The notes under the pieces are model-generated. The model made no database searches. It saw only the letters and a list, made by a program, of their open reading frames with translations, and was not told the origin of the DNA. DNA of 64,000 bases from Gammaproteobacteria bacterium (GTDB taxonomy: Bacteria > Pseudomonadota > Gammaproteobacteria > Eutrophobiales > Eutrophobiaceae): positions 4,032,001 through 4,096,000 of the forward strand of contig OZ220696.1 of assembly GCA_965116495.1 (NCBI GenBank). Reading direction: 5' to 3'. This document shows positions 1 to 10,649 of the stretch, in pieces. Numbering within the stretch: the stretch's first letter is position 1; the number at the start of each line of letters is the position of its first letter. A program made the position numbers and the translations under genes.

Positions 1-299
1 CCGTGCCAGCTATCCAGGTAAAACACGTACGGATGATGCCAGTGCACCAGTGGGGTCAGCCACAGCGTACTTTCTAATTGAAACACCGAGGGTAAAAAAA
101 TGAATAGGCAAAGAACGCTTGCTACCCAAGGTGTAACCACAAACAGCCACAGCAGTTTTTTTTGTGTAGCGGCAGAAAACAGCGTGATATGGCGAGCTAT
201 TAACGGCCAGATCAAAGCAAGCAGTGCTGCCGCTGCCAACAGCTCCATCAGCGCAATACTCAGCAGATTGAAAACAATCGCCCACTCATTAATTAGCAT
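1..299 (-). CDS. BlaR1/M56-family membrane metallopeptidase, N-terminal part (runs off window)
   Basis: Manual translation from ATG at 299: MLINEWAIVFNLLSIALMELLAAAALLALIWP...LLWLFVVTPWVASVLCLFIFLPSVFQLESTLWLTPLVHWHHPYVFYLDSWH; hydrophobic, overlaps the stop of the BlaI-type gene (usual BlaI-M56 arrangement). Catalytic part not in window; frame not in ORF track. Confidence 0.7.
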   Translation of the reverse strand, partial: MLINEWAIVFNLLSIALMELLAAAALLALIWPLIARHITLFSAATQKKLLWLFVVTPWVASVLCLFIFLPSVFQLESTLWLTPLVHWHHPYVFYLDSWH

Positions 300-684
300 C
301 GCTGTCTGCCTGACTGCGCAATTGACGTTGTTGTTGAATCAACTTTTCAAATTGAGACAGCTTATCGTCATCCAGTCCTGCCGAGAAGGAAGAAAAGGCG
401 GCTATCAAATGGTCTTCACCTTCACCGATAAAATCGCTGGTCACATTCTGAATCAGCTGGGCGATGAGCTCTTTCCTGGCGACCTTAGCGCGATAATAGT
501 AGGCATGCCCCTGCTTCTGACGGGTGAGCAGATCTTTTTTGAACAGTCTGTCCAGAGTGCTCTGAATGGTATTAAGTGTGCCACCCCGGCGCTTGGTTAA
601 TGCTGTATGCGTCTGTTTGGCATCGGCCTCTGTCGCCTCCCACAAGTACTGCAGAACGCGTTTTTCTAATTCACCCAATATCAC
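289..684 (-). CDS. BlaI/MecI/CopY family transcriptional repressor
   Basis: LGELEKRVLQYLW...TLNTIQSTLDRLFKKDLLTRQKQGHAYYY winged-helix signature. Confidence 0.9.
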   Translation of the reverse strand: MILGELEKRVLQYLWEATEADAKQTHTALTKRRGGTLNTIQSTLDRLFKKDLLTRQKQGHAYYYRAKVARKELIAQLIQNVTSDFIGEGEDHLIAAFSSFSAGLDDDKLSQFEKLIQQQRQLRSQADSDAN

Positions 685-732
685 AATACAGCTTTCCTAA
701 GTGTTAACCGGAGCTTATATTAGCATACAAAT

Positions 733-749
733 ACCGATAGGCAATCGGT
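733..749. promoter_or_regulatory. Inverted repeat ACCGAT-N5-ATCGGT, candidate operator of the BlaI-type repressor
   Basis: Perfect 6-bp inverted repeat about 50 bp upstream of the repressor start; these repressors usually autoregulate via palindromes. Confidence 0.4.
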
Positions 750-1044
750 TTTTCTTGATTGCTTATATTTTAAACAAGGGGCACGCGATGGGAATGGGTC
801 AGGCTGTACAAAATTGGAGGGAGGGAACCTAAATACGTTGGGTAAATTGTGGGTATTGAAAAGATGGTGTTGAATAAAACTTGGTACAATCAAGAGGTTG
901 TAAATCTAGTTCTACTCCCCCTCCAGGAACATCTGAATAATGTCGATCTGGTAATGCCGAAGGAATCGACTTCAAAAACCAAACTGGGACTTGTCTTGCC
1001 GTTTGCGATCTTCCCCCTCGTCCAGCAAGCTGCCTGATCCAGAC

Positions 1045-1866
1045 TTACAAATCCCGCAACAACTCATTCAAACTAACCTTCCCCCGCGTCTTCTCATCCA
1101 CCTGCTTAACAATAACCGCACAATACAGACTATATTTCCCATCCTTCGACGGCAGGTTCCCCGATACCACCACCGATCCCGGCGGCACCCTCCCGTAACT
1201 GATCTCACCGGTATCCCGGTTGTAAATCCGGGTACTCTGCCCGATGTACACACCCATGGAAATCACCGACCCTTCACCGACCACAACACCTTCGACAACT
1301 TCAGAACGCGCCCCGATAAAACAATTGTCTTCTATGATGGTCGGGTTGGCCTGTAACGGTTCCAGCACCCCGCCCAGGCCGACACCGCCGGAAAGGTGTA
1401 CGTTTTTGCCTACCTGGGCGCAGGAACCTACGGTGGCCCAGGTGTCCACCATGGTGCCCGAGTCCACGTAGGCGCCGATATTGACGTAGCTGGGCATGAG
1501 GACAACGTTGGGCGCCACGTAGCTGCCGTAACGTGCCATAGTCGGCGGCACAACCCGCGCACCGCCTGCTATGAAATCATCTTTACCGTAACCTGCGAAC
1601 TTGGGTTCTACCTTGTCGTAATAATTGGTCCAGCCCCCTTCCATTACGCGGTTATCGTTCAATGCAAAAGACAGGAGCACGGCCTTTTTCAGCCACTGGT
1701 TGACCACCCATTCGCCGTTTTGTTTCTCCGCCACCCGCAATTCGCCGCTGTCCAGCCCGGCTATTGCCTCGTTTACGGCATCTTTGAGTGAATCACCGGC
1801 GTTGCCGGGACTGATGCGGCTGCGTTGCTCGAAAGCCTCGTTGATAATGTCTGCAATACTGCTCAT
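1045..1866 (-). CDS. dapD: 2,3,4,5-tetrahydropyridine-2,6-dicarboxylate N-succinyltransferase
   Basis: [46 protein letters not shown]. Confidence 0.98.
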   Translation of the reverse strand: MSSIADIINEAFEQRSRISPGNAGDSLKDAVNEAIAGLDSGELRVAEKQNGEWVVNQWLKKAVLLSFALNDNRVMEGGWTNYYDKVEPKFAGYGKDDFIAGGARVVPPTMARYGSYVAPNVVLMPSYVNIGAYVDSGTMVDTWATVGSCAQVGKNVHLSGGVGLGGVLEPLQANPTIIEDNCFIGARSEVVEGVVVGEGSVISMGVYIGQSTRIYNRDTGEISYGRVPPGSVVVSGNLPSKDGKYSLYCAVIVKQVDEKTRGKVSLNELLRDL

Positions 1867-1886
1867 CGGCTGCTAGCTCCTGTTCC

Positions 1887-3086
1887 TTATGTTGGTTTGC
1901 GAATAAATTCTGCCACGCGTTCTGCTGCTTCTATACACCGGGGTAACGGGGCAGTCAAGGCGATACGCAGCCTGTTTGCCCCAGGGTCCCTGCCTGCGGC
2001 CGGCCGCGACAGGAAACGTCCCGGTAGAACCAGCAGGTTCTGCTCCAAGTATAGTGAGCGGGCAAAGTCTACATCATTTTCGGGTATCTGCGGCCATAAA
2101 TAAAAACCTGCCTCGGGTTCGCTCACGTCCATTACGGGTTGCAGGATCGCCAGGACCGCAGCGAATTTTTCCCGGTACAGGTTGCGGTTATTCAGGACAT
2201 GGGCTTCATCACTCCAGGCTGCGCGGCTGGCCCGTTGCACGTGGAGCGGCATGGCGCCGCCGAGATAAGTCCGGTACGTATAAAATGTATCGATGATAGC
2301 GGCGTCGCCGGCGACAAACCCCGAGCGCAGTCCGGGGACGTTGGAGCGCTTGGAGAGTGAGTGAAACACGATGCAGTGGCGGTAGTCATCCCGGCCCAGC
2401 TTTGCTGCGGCCTCGAGCAGCCCCAGGGGGGGATTGTCCTCATCCGGGTAGATTTCCGAGTAACACTCATCGGCGGCGATTGTAAAATCGTACCGCTCGG
2501 CGTAGTCCAGCAGCAGTTCCAGGATTTCCAGCCTGGTAACGGTGCCCGTGGGGTTGTTTGGCGAACACAGGTAGAGCAGTTCACAACGCTGCCAGACGTC
2601 ATCGCCGATTCTGGAGAAATCCGGCTGATATCCATCTTCTTCAGCCATGTTGACGTAACAGGGGGTGGCTCCGGCGAGTAGCGCGGCGCCTTCGTAAATC
2701 TGGTAGAACGGGTTGGGAAGCACGACCAGTGGACCCGCCCTGTTGCGGTCGACGACCGACTGCGCGATAGCAAACAGCGCTTCCCGCGTGCCGTTGACGG
2801 GGAGTACCTGACCGGCTCCCAGGCTCCGGGCAGGCAGGGAGAACCGTTTCGTCAGCCACCCCGCTATGGTTTCGCGCAGTTCTTCCATGCCCCGGGTAGA
2901 GGGATACACTGATGTCAGGCCCAGGTTTTCCGTCAGCGCTTGCAGTATGAAGTCCGGCGTTTCGTGTTTCGGCTCTCCCAGGGAAAGGTCGATAAGTGGT
3001 TTCCCCGGTACGGGCGTACCGGCCTTTTTCAAAGCTGCCAGTTTCTCAAAAGGATAAGGCTGCAGTTGTTCGAAACCCGGGTTCAT
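1887..3086 (-). CDS. dapC: N-succinyldiaminopimelate aminotransferase
   Basis: LQPYPFEKL N-terminus, SLSKRSNVPGLRSG PLP lysine motif, adjacent to dapD. Confidence 0.93.
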   Translation of the reverse strand: MNPGFEQLQPYPFEKLAALKKAGTPVPGKPLIDLSLGEPKHETPDFILQALTENLGLTSVYPSTRGMEELRETIAGWLTKRFSLPARSLGAGQVLPVNGTREALFAIAQSVVDRNRAGPLVVLPNPFYQIYEGAALLAGATPCYVNMAEEDGYQPDFSRIGDDVWQRCELLYLCSPNNPTGTVTRLEILELLLDYAERYDFTIAADECYSEIYPDEDNPPLGLLEAAAKLGRDDYRHCIVFHSLSKRSNVPGLRSGFVAGDAAIIDTFYTYRTYLGGAMPLHVQRASRAAWSDEAHVLNNRNLYREKFAAVLAILQPVMDVSEPEAGFYLWPQIPENDVDFARSLYLEQNLLVLPGRFLSRPAAGRDPGANRLRIALTAPLPRCIEAAERVAEFIRKPT

Positions 3087-3177
3087 AAGTGGTTATCCTG
3101 TACCGAAAATAAGCGGCACGCCATTATGATACAATTCGCAAACTTACAACAACACACAACGTACGAAAAACTGTTGA

Positions 3178-4260
3178 ATGAGTCACAAAGTTCTGATACT
3201 GGCAGGAGACGGAATCGGCCCGGATATCATGCGGGAGGCGGAAAAAGTCCTGGCTGCCCTGGTGGCGGAGTACGGGCTGGATATTTCCGTTGAGCATGCC
3301 CTGGTGGGCGGTGCGGCCTACGATGATTGCGGCACCCCGTTGCCCGGGTCGACCCTGCAACTGGCACAGGCGAGCGATGCCGTGTTGTTCGGCGCCGTCG
3401 GCGGTCCCAAATGGGACGGGCTGGCACGGGATTTACGGCCGGAGCGCGGCGCGCTGCTGCCCCTGCGCGCGGAACTCGCCCTGTTTGCCAACCTGAGGCC
3501 GGCGCTGATCTACCCGCAACTGGTGGCCGCCTCGTCGCTGAAACCGGAACTGGTCAGCGGACTGGACATCATGATCGTGCGCGAGTTGACCGGCGGTATC
3601 TATTTCGGCAAGCCCAGGGGTATACACACCATGGAGTCAGGGGAACGTGAAGGGATCAACACGCTGCGTTATACGGAGACGGAAATTCGCCGTATCGCCC
3701 GCGTGGCTTTTTCAATAGCCATGCACCGGGACAAGCGGCTGTGTTCCGTGGACAAGGAGAATGTGCTGGAAGCGACCCAACTCTGGCGCCAGGTGATACT
3801 GGAGGTTGCCGCCGAATACCCTGAAGTCGAACTGGAACACCTGTACGTGGATAATGCGGCCATGCAACTGGTGCGCCGCCCGAAGCAGTTTGACGTGATG
3901 GTCACCACCAATATGTTCGGTGACATCCTGTCCGACCTGGCTTCCATGCTCAGCGGCTCCATCGGTATGTTGCCGTCCGCCTCACTGGATGAACGCAACA
4001 AGGGGTTGTATGAGCCCATACACGGCTCCGCGCCGGATATTGCGGGTCGGGGGCTGGCCAACCCCCTGGCCATGATATTGTCCGCGGCAATGCTGTTGCG
4101 CTATTCGCTGAACCTGGCGGAACAGGCGGACAGGATTGAAAATGCGGTGAAATCCGTGTTGACCCGGGGCCTGAGAACGGCGGATATCCACACGCCGGGC
4201 ACCGAAAAGGTATCCACCGCGCAGATGGGCGACGCAGTGGTGCGTGCGCTTGCAGGATAA
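3178..4260 (+). CDS. leuB: 3-isopropylmalate dehydrogenase
   Basis: [37 protein letters not shown]. Confidence 0.98.
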   Translation: MSHKVLILAGDGIGPDIMREAEKVLAALVAEYGLDISVEHALVGGAAYDDCGTPLPGSTLQLAQASDAVLFGAVGGPKWDGLARDLRPERGALLPLRAELALFANLRPALIYPQLVAASSLKPELVSGLDIMIVRELTGGIYFGKPRGIHTMESGEREGINTLRYTETEIRRIARVAFSIAMHRDKRLCSVDKENVLEATQLWRQVILEVAAEYPEVELEHLYVDNAAMQLVRRPKQFDVMVTTNMFGDILSDLASMLSGSIGMLPSASLDERNKGLYEPIHGSAPDIAGRGLANPLAMILSAAMLLRYSLNLAEQADRIENAVKSVLTRGLRTADIHTPGTEKVSTAQMGDAVVRALAG

Positions 4261-4265
4261 ATTGT

Positions 4266-4289
4266 GAGGACAGAATTAATTCTGTCCCC
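4266..4289. repeat. Short GGGGAC-type palindromic repeat
   Basis: GAGGACAGAATTAATTCTGTCCCC between leuB and asd. Confidence 0.85.
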
Positions 4290-4314
4290 GGACTGATGAG
4301 AGTTTGACACTGAA

Positions 4315-5337
4315 ATGGGCAAGAAAGTCAATGTTGCAGTTGTAGGGGCAACGGGTGAGGTAGGAGGCGCCATGTTGTCCATCCTGGCAGAGCGGGATTT
4401 CCCGGTTGCCGGACTGCACGCAGTTGCCAGCAGCCGTTCTGCAGGAAAGCGGATCGAGTTCAGGGATGACGAACTGGTGGTCGAAGACCTGGATTCATTC
4501 GATTTTTCCGGTATCGATATCGGGCTGTTCTCCCCGGGAGGCTCCGTTTCCGCGGTACATGCGCCCCGTGCCGCTGCCGCGGGGACGATCGTGATCGATA
4601 ATACCTCGCAGTTCCGTTATGAGGACGATATTCCCCTGGTTGTACCGGAAGTGAATCCCGCAGCCGTAGTGCAACATGTCACGCGCGGCATTATTGCGAA
4701 CCCGAACTGTTCGACCATACAGATGGTCATGGCCTTGAAACCCGTTTACGACGCCGTGGGCATTGAACGCATCAATGTTGCCACTTACCAGGCCGTGTCG
4801 GGTAAGGGAAAAAAGGCAATTGAAGAACTGGAGCAGCAGACCATCGCCCTGTTCAACGGCAAACCGGTTTTGCCCACCGAGCATCCCCGGCAGATGGCGT
4901 TTAACGTGTTGCCCCAGATCGATGCATTTCAGGACAACGGCTATACCAGGGAAGAGATGAAGATGGTCTGGGAGACGCGCAAGATCCTGGGTGACGATGC
5001 AATACGGGTGAACCCCACCTGTGTCCGGGTGCCGGTCTTCTACGGTCATTCCGAGGCCGTGCATATCGAAACGAAGGAAAAGATCTCCGTTGCCGAGGTG
5101 AGAGCGCTATTGACCGATTTTCCCGGTGTCACTGTCATAGACGAACGGGAGGACGGCGGATACCCTACTGCCGTGACCGAGGCATCCGGGCATGACCCGG
5201 TCTTCGTCGGCAGGATCAGGGAAGACCTGTCTCATCCCAGGGGCATCGATTTCTGGGTGGTTTCCGACAATATCAGGAAGGGAGCGGCGTTAAACAGTGT
5301 TCAAATTGCGGAATATCTGCTAAAACATCATTTTTGA
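4315..5337 (+). CDS. asd: Aspartate-semialdehyde dehydrogenase
   Basis: VGATGEVG, ANPNCST, DNIRKGAALNSVQIAE. Confidence 0.97.
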   Translation: MGKKVNVAVVGATGEVGGAMLSILAERDFPVAGLHAVASSRSAGKRIEFRDDELVVEDLDSFDFSGIDIGLFSPGGSVSAVHAPRAAAAGTIVIDNTSQFRYEDDIPLVVPEVNPAAVVQHVTRGIIANPNCSTIQMVMALKPVYDAVGIERINVATYQAVSGKGKKAIEELEQQTIALFNGKPVLPTEHPRQMAFNVLPQIDAFQDNGYTREEMKMVWETRKILGDDAIRVNPTCVRVPVFYGHSEAVHIETKEKISVAEVRALLTDFPGVTVIDEREDGGYPTAVTEASGHDPVFVGRIREDLSHPRGIDFWVVSDNIRKGAALNSVQIAEYLLKHHF

Positions 5338-5374
5338 CTGCCTGTACGGATTTACGCAGAGGGGGAAAGCCGGG

Positions 5375-6988
5375 GTGAATCAGAGAAAATCAACAATTCA
5401 GATATTATTTTACTGTTTACTGTTGATACTTGTGCCCGCTTCGGCGTATGCCTTGAACCTGGGGGAAATCAACCTGAAATCGGCCCCGGGCGAACCGCTG
5501 GAGGCTGAAATTCAGTTGCTGGGTGTGGCGCCGGACGAACAGGACAGCCTGACCGTCGGCCTGGCGGATGTCGCCGGGTTTCGCTGGGCCGGCATACAAT
5601 GGTCCCCGGTCCTGAACCAGTTGCAATTTGAGCTGAAGCGCGGCGCGGATGATATGGACTACATCCGTATCCTCAGCAGTGAAGTGGTTCAGGCGCAACG
5701 GTTACATTTTCTATTGAAAGTGGCCTGGTCCAGGGGGCGGCTGTTCAGGGAGTATACCCTGGAACTCGGTACGCCGCCGTACGTCTCGGGTGAACAGCCG
5801 GGTCAGGCTGTCTCGCAACCTGCCGCCGTGCCTGCCGCTGAACGCGATTGGGACAAGGTAAGGGCAGCAGTCGGCGCGGCCCGCAATTACGGGCCGGTTG
5901 TCCGGTTCGATACCCTGTGGTCGCTTGCCCGGGAACTGCGCCCGGACGCTTCGGTCTCCATACAACAAATGATGCTGGCCCTGTTGCGAACCAACCCGGA
6001 TGCCTTCAGTTACGGTAATATCAACCGGTTGAAGGAAGGCGCAGTCCTGTGGATGCCCAATAACTTCGAATTAAAGGCGCTTTCCGGGTCCGAGGCGTAT
6101 GCCGAAGTACTGGCCCAGAACAACGTCTGGCGCGAGGCTCGCGGCTACGCCAGCATTGATACGGGCTTGCCCACTGAGCCCGCCACGGTTGCCGTTGACG
6201 GGGGGCTGCGCCTGGTTGCGGTTGCCGAGGAAGACCGGGAAGATAACGGCGCCGCGGCTGTCGACCCGGACGGGACTGCCCGGGCGGAAGCGCTGGCGCT
6301 GGCAAATGAGCAGGTCGAAGGGTTGTCACAGGAAAAAATTGACCTTGAAGACAAGCTGTCTGAATCTGAAACTATCATCAAAGATCTGAGGCGTCTGGTT
6401 GAGCTCAAGGATGACGAATTGGCTGCCTTGCAGGGGCAAGAGCTGAGTGAACAGGCAGAGCCGGGCCCCGGTCTGGTGGAGCGATTGGAGTCATTCCATG
6501 ACTCAACGATTGAGCCGACGTACAACCTGGCCAGGGATAACTGGCGGGTCGCGCTTGCCTGCCTCGTAGCGCTGCTCCTGGCCGGGTGGTGGTTGCTGCG
6601 CAGAAAATCCGCTAATGCCGTGGGTGGACTGACGATCCCGGCGGCCACAATTCGGCCCGATTTTGTCAAGGTGACCCGCGGCGAAAAAGCGGCTCCCCCG
6701 GAAGAAATCATAGAGAGAGAGGATGATTTCGCAAACGAAATTGAAGCGGAGGAAGAGGAATCCCGTGATGAAACTGAAGCAGCTTTGGATGACAATCAGG
6801 AGGATGGAGGGCAGGGCGAAGATGACGAAGAGGACATGGTGCAGAATAAACTTGAACTCGCCAGGGCGTATCTTGAGCTTGGCGATGCGGAAAACGTCCG
6901 TTCCATCCTGCATGAGGTCCTGTCCGAAGGGAATGCAGCGCAAAGGGAAAAGGCCCGGCAATTACTGGAGCAGACCGCATCAGAGTGA
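5375..6988 (+). CDS. fimV: FimV/HubP family polar landmark protein (short form)
   Basis: Signal peptide, LNLGEINLKS..GEPLEAEI, LysM-like DTLWSLARE..QMMLALLRTNPDAF, TM segment, C-terminal KLELARAYLELGD; asd-fimV-truA synteny. Confidence 0.9.
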   Translation: MNQRKSTIQILFYCLLLILVPASAYALNLGEINLKSAPGEPLEAEIQLLGVAPDEQDSLTVGLADVAGFRWAGIQWSPVLNQLQFELKRGADDMDYIRILSSEVVQAQRLHFLLKVAWSRGRLFREYTLELGTPPYVSGEQPGQAVSQPAAVPAAERDWDKVRAAVGAARNYGPVVRFDTLWSLARELRPDASVSIQQMMLALLRTNPDAFSYGNINRLKEGAVLWMPNNFELKALSGSEAYAEVLAQNNVWREARGYASIDTGLPTEPATVAVDGGLRLVAVAEEDREDNGAAAVDPDGTARAEALALANEQVEGLSQEKIDLEDKLSESETIIKDLRRLVELKDDELAALQGQELSEQAEPGPGLVERLESFHDSTIEPTYNLARDNWRVALACLVALLLAGWWLLRRKSANAVGGLTIPAATIRPDFVKVTRGEKAAPPEEIIEREDDFANEIEAEEEESRDETEAALDDNQEDGGQGEDDEEDMVQNKLELARAYLELGDAENVRSILHEVLSEGNAAQREKARQLLEQTASE

Positions 6989-6994
6989 CGTCTC

Positions 6995-7786
6995 ATGTTA
7001 AAGATTGCCGCCGGTGTTGAATACGACGGATCGAAATATTCGGGATGGCAAAGACAAAAACACTCGCCGTCCGTGCAAGAGCATGTGGAAGCAGCCTTGT
7101 CGGCAGTCGCCGACCATCCGCTTTCGGTAACCTGTGCCGGCAGAACGGATGCCGGGGTACACGCGCTCAACCAGGTTATTCATTTTGAGTCAGGTGCTGT
7201 GCGGGATACCCATTCCTGGGTATTCGGCGCTAATTCCCACTTGCCCGGGGACATCAGTTTAACTTGGGCAAAACCTGTCCAGGTTGATTTTCATGCGCGC
7301 TACTCGGCAATGAGTCGCGTTTATAAATATATTATCCTGAACCGCCCGGCGCGGCCGGGACTGGGACATGGCTGTGTAACCTGGGAATGCCGCCGCTTGG
7401 ATTCCGACAGGATGTCCACGGCGGCCCTGTCATTGGTCGGTGAGCATGATTTTACTTCTTACAGGGCAAAATCCTGCCAGGCAAAAACACCCGTCAGAAA
7501 CGTATTGAACCTGAGCGTCAAACGGGATAACGAGTATGTCATTATTGTTATTGAAGCCAATGCCTTCCTGCATCACATGGTGCGCAATATCGCAGGCGTG
7601 TTGATGGAGATTGGAATGGGCAAGCGCGCAGTCGGCTGGGAACTTGACGTGCTTCACGCGAAAAGCAGGGACCACGGCGGTGTGACCGCTGCGCCGGACG
7701 GTCTGTGCCTTACGGGAGTGAACTATCCTGAAAAATATGGAATTCCGGGACAACACACGGACCGTTATTCGGATTACTATATATAA
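6995..7786 (+). CDS. truA: tRNA pseudouridine(38-40) synthase
   Basis: EYDGSKYSGWQRQ, AGRTDAGVHA, AFLHHMVRNI. Confidence 0.97.
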   Translation: MLKIAAGVEYDGSKYSGWQRQKHSPSVQEHVEAALSAVADHPLSVTCAGRTDAGVHALNQVIHFESGAVRDTHSWVFGANSHLPGDISLTWAKPVQVDFHARYSAMSRVYKYIILNRPARPGLGHGCVTWECRRLDSDRMSTAALSLVGEHDFTSYRAKSCQAKTPVRNVLNLSVKRDNEYVIIVIEANAFLHHMVRNIAGVLMEIGMGKRAVGWELDVLHAKSRDHGGVTAAPDGLCLTGVNYPEKYGIPGQHTDRYSDYYI

Positions 7787-7813
7787 TCCCATGCCGGATA
7801 GTCAGGAGGATAA

Positions 7814-8443
7814 ATGACTCCAGGTCGAAGGGTAAGGGCAAAGATCTGCGGGATTACCCGCATCGAAGATGCCCGTGCTGCAATCGACGCGGGGGCCGAT
7901 GCCCTGGGCTTCGTCTTCTACCGGGCCAGTCCCCGCTATATCGCGCCGCGCCCGGCACAGGAAATCATCAGCCGGTTGGCGCCGTTCCCGGCAAAGGTCG
8001 GGCTGTTCGTTGATCCGGACAGGGACTTTGTTTCTGCCGTGCTGGAGACGGTCAACCTGGATCTTATCCAGTTTCACGGGGATGAGGATCCCGCTTTTTG
8101 CCGCAGTTTCGACAGACCTTATATCAAGGCTGTGAGGATGGCGCATGATGTTGATTTACAGGAGAAGTGCCGGCGCTATGCCGATGCCGCGGCCCTGTTG
8201 CTGGACAGCTATTCCGAAACCGTCCATGGCGGGACCGGCGCCAGTTTTGACTGGAGTTTAATGCCGGCCGGATTATCGAAGCCCATCATCCTTGCCGGGG
8301 GGTTGACGGTTGCAAACGTCGGCCGAGCCATAGTCGCCTGCAAACCGTATGCGGTTGACGTAAGCAGCGGCGTCGAACTTGACAAGGGGGTCAAGGATAA
8401 GACGAAAATGATCGCATTCATACGAGAGGTATTAAATGGTTAG
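7814..8443 (+). CDS. trpF: Phosphoribosylanthranilate isomerase
   Basis: KICGIT, QFHGDE, LAGGL, VDVSSGVE. Confidence 0.97.
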   Translation: MTPGRRVRAKICGITRIEDARAAIDAGADALGFVFYRASPRYIAPRPAQEIISRLAPFPAKVGLFVDPDRDFVSAVLETVNLDLIQFHGDEDPAFCRSFDRPYIKAVRMAHDVDLQEKCRRYADAAALLLDSYSETVHGGTGASFDWSLMPAGLSKPIILAGGLTVANVGRAIVACKPYAVDVSSGVELDKGVKDKTKMIAFIREVLNG

Positions 8444-8461
8444 GATATTTGAGGTCAGTCC

Positions 8462-8486
8462 GGGGACAGAATTCAATTCTCTCCCC
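8462..8486. repeat. Short GGGGAC-type palindromic repeat
   Basis: GGGGACAGAATTCAATTCTCTCCCC between trpF and trpB. Confidence 0.8.
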
Positions 8487-8506
8487 TCTGTGGCTAAAAA
8501 GGCAGC

Positions 8507-9700
8507 ATGATGTCGGTACCGGATGAACACGGCCATTTCGGCGTTTATGGCGGCCGATTCGTCGCAGAGACATTGATTGAGCCGTTGGAGGAGTTGACCA
8601 GGGCCTACACGAAGTACATAAACGATGAAGAATTCCTGGCGGAATTTTACCGTGACCTGAAGACGTTCGTGGGCAGGCCGTCACCCCTGTATCACGCGCA
8701 GAGGTGGAGCGAAAAACTGGGCGGCGCCCGGGTCTACCTCAAGCGGGAGGATTTAAATCATACCGGCGCCCATAAGGTCAATAATACGGTCGGCCAGGCC
8801 TTGTTGGCAAAGAGAATGGGGAAGACCCGTATCATTGCGGAAACCGGCGCGGGGCAGCACGGTGTGGCTACCGCTACCGTTGCCGCCCGCATGGGCCTGG
8901 AGTGCGTCGTGTACATGGGCGCCGAAGATATACAACGCCAGGCCGTGAACGTATTCCGGATGAAGTTACTGGGGGCCGAGGTCGTGGAAGTCACCTCCGG
9001 TTCGCAGACCCTGAAAGACGCCATGAACGAAGCCATGCGGGACTGGGTAAGCAATGTCGATGATACGTTCTATATTATCGGGACCGTGGCGGGGCCGCAT
9101 CCCTACCCGGTACTGGTCAGGGACCTGCAATCGATCATAGGCAGGGAAACCCGGCAACAATGTCTCGAACTGACGGGCAAACTGCCCGATGTTCTCATAG
9201 CCTGTGTCGGCGGTGGATCCAATGCGATAGGGTTATTTTATCCATTCCTGAATGATACATCGGTCAGGTTAATCGGCGTGGAGGCCGGTGGCCTGGGCCT
9301 GCAGAGCGGCCGCCACGCGGCCCCGTTAAGCGCCGGCAAACCCGGTGTCCTGCATGGCAACCGGACTTACCTGATGGAAGACGAGCATGGACAGATCAGC
9401 CCGACCCATTCCATTTCTGCCGGGCTTGATTACCCGGGCGTAGGTCCGGAACATGCCTGGTTAAAGGATAGCGGCAGGGTGGAATATGCCACGGTAAATG
9501 ACACGGAGGCTATTGCCGCATTTCATGACCTGACCCGTACCGAGGGGGTCATGCCGGCGCTGGAATCAAGTCATGCCCTGGCATACACACCGGAGATTGT
9601 CGCACAGGTGGGCAGGGACGCAACGATTATCATCAATCTTTCCGGCCGTGGCGATAAGGATATTGAGACGATCGCGACCATGGAGGGAATAACACTTTAA
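8507..9700 (+). CDS. trpB: Tryptophan synthase beta chain
   Basis: [46 protein letters not shown]. Confidence 0.98.
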   Translation: MMSVPDEHGHFGVYGGRFVAETLIEPLEELTRAYTKYINDEEFLAEFYRDLKTFVGRPSPLYHAQRWSEKLGGARVYLKREDLNHTGAHKVNNTVGQALLAKRMGKTRIIAETGAGQHGVATATVAARMGLECVVYMGAEDIQRQAVNVFRMKLLGAEVVEVTSGSQTLKDAMNEAMRDWVSNVDDTFYIIGTVAGPHPYPVLVRDLQSIIGRETRQQCLELTGKLPDVLIACVGGGSNAIGLFYPFLNDTSVRLIGVEAGGLGLQSGRHAAPLSAGKPGVLHGNRTYLMEDEHGQISPTHSISAGLDYPGVGPEHAWLKDSGRVEYATVNDTEAIAAFHDLTRTEGVMPALESSHALAYTPEIVAQVGRDATIIINLSGRGDKDIETIATMEGITL

Positions 9701-9830
9701 GGAATAAACAGCTCAGCAGTTTCCGCAGCCCCCGCCGCGGAACAGCGCGCGCTCCTGAAAATAAACCTGTCCCCTTTACCCCGTTTGTTGTAGTCTATTG
9801 CGTTTAAATACCATTGGTTTTCGTCAACAG

Positions 9831-10640
9831 ATGAGTCGTATTTCATCCACATACCAGGCGCTTAAACAGCATAACAGAAAGGCCTTGATCCCCTTTATCA
9901 CCGCCGGAGATCCCGCTCCGCCGGTTACACTCGAGATCATGCATTCCCTGGTGCGGCACGGGGCTGATTTAATTGAGCTGGGCGTTCCGTTTTCAGACCC
10001 GATGGCGGACGGCCCGGTGATTCAACGCGCCAATGAACGGGCATTGACACAGGGAGTCTCACTGGCGGATGTTTTGCAGATGGTTGAACAATTCCGCCAG
10101 TCCGATATCCGTACCCCGGTAATTTTGATGGGTTACTTGAACCCCATAGAAATCTTCGGCTACGAGGAGTTCGCCCGGAATGCCGCTGCGGCCGGTGTTG
10201 ACGGGGTCATAATCGTGGATATGCCGCCCGAAGAGGCGGTGTCGCTCAACCGGCTGTTGCGCGCCAGCCAAATCGACCAGATTTTCCTGGTGACCCCCAC
10301 TACCACCGAGCAGCGGATTAAAGTTATAGACGGGATTGCCTCCGGGTTTCTGTATTATGTCTCCGTGAAAGGGACGACCGGCGGCAAGGGAGCTGACCCG
10401 GATGAGATAAAAACAAGGTTGCGCCTGCTGAGAAGCAAAACCGGTTTGCCCCTGGCTGTCGGTTTCGGGATAAAAGATGCCGAAACGGCTGCGCGGGTAG
10501 CAGGTTATTGTGATGCCGTCGTCATCGGCAGTGCCCTGGTTGAAACGATCCATGCTGCCGCAACTGCAGGATGGGACATTGCAGACCGGGCCGGCTCTTT
10601 TGTCGCGCCTGTCAGACATACCCTGGATAAGGCGGCATAG
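9831..10640 (+). CDS. trpA: Tryptophan synthase alpha chain
   Basis: ALIPFITAGDP, ELGVPFSDPMADGPVIQ; ATG 9831 (MSRIS) preferred over upstream TTG. Confidence 0.97.
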   Translation: MSRISSTYQALKQHNRKALIPFITAGDPAPPVTLEIMHSLVRHGADLIELGVPFSDPMADGPVIQRANERALTQGVSLADVLQMVEQFRQSDIRTPVILMGYLNPIEIFGYEEFARNAAAAGVDGVIIVDMPPEEAVSLNRLLRASQIDQIFLVTPTTTEQRIKVIDGIASGFLYYVSVKGTTGGKGADPDEIKTRLRLLRSKTGLPLAVGFGIKDAETAARVAGYCDAVVIGSALVETIHAAATAGWDIADRAGSFVAPVRHTLDKAA

Positions 10641-10649
10641 CGAAGTGTC

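Noticed and set aside
10-600. ORF-track ORFs 10..285(-) and 100..600(+)
   Set aside because: Off-frame or antisense shadows of the M56 and BlaI genes.
905-930. tRNA-like 3' end
   Set aside because: No cloverleaf can be built; at most an att-like remnant.
849-1037. 62-aa ORF between the BlaI gene and dapD
   Set aside because: No recognisable motif or SD; lies in an AT-rich junction region.
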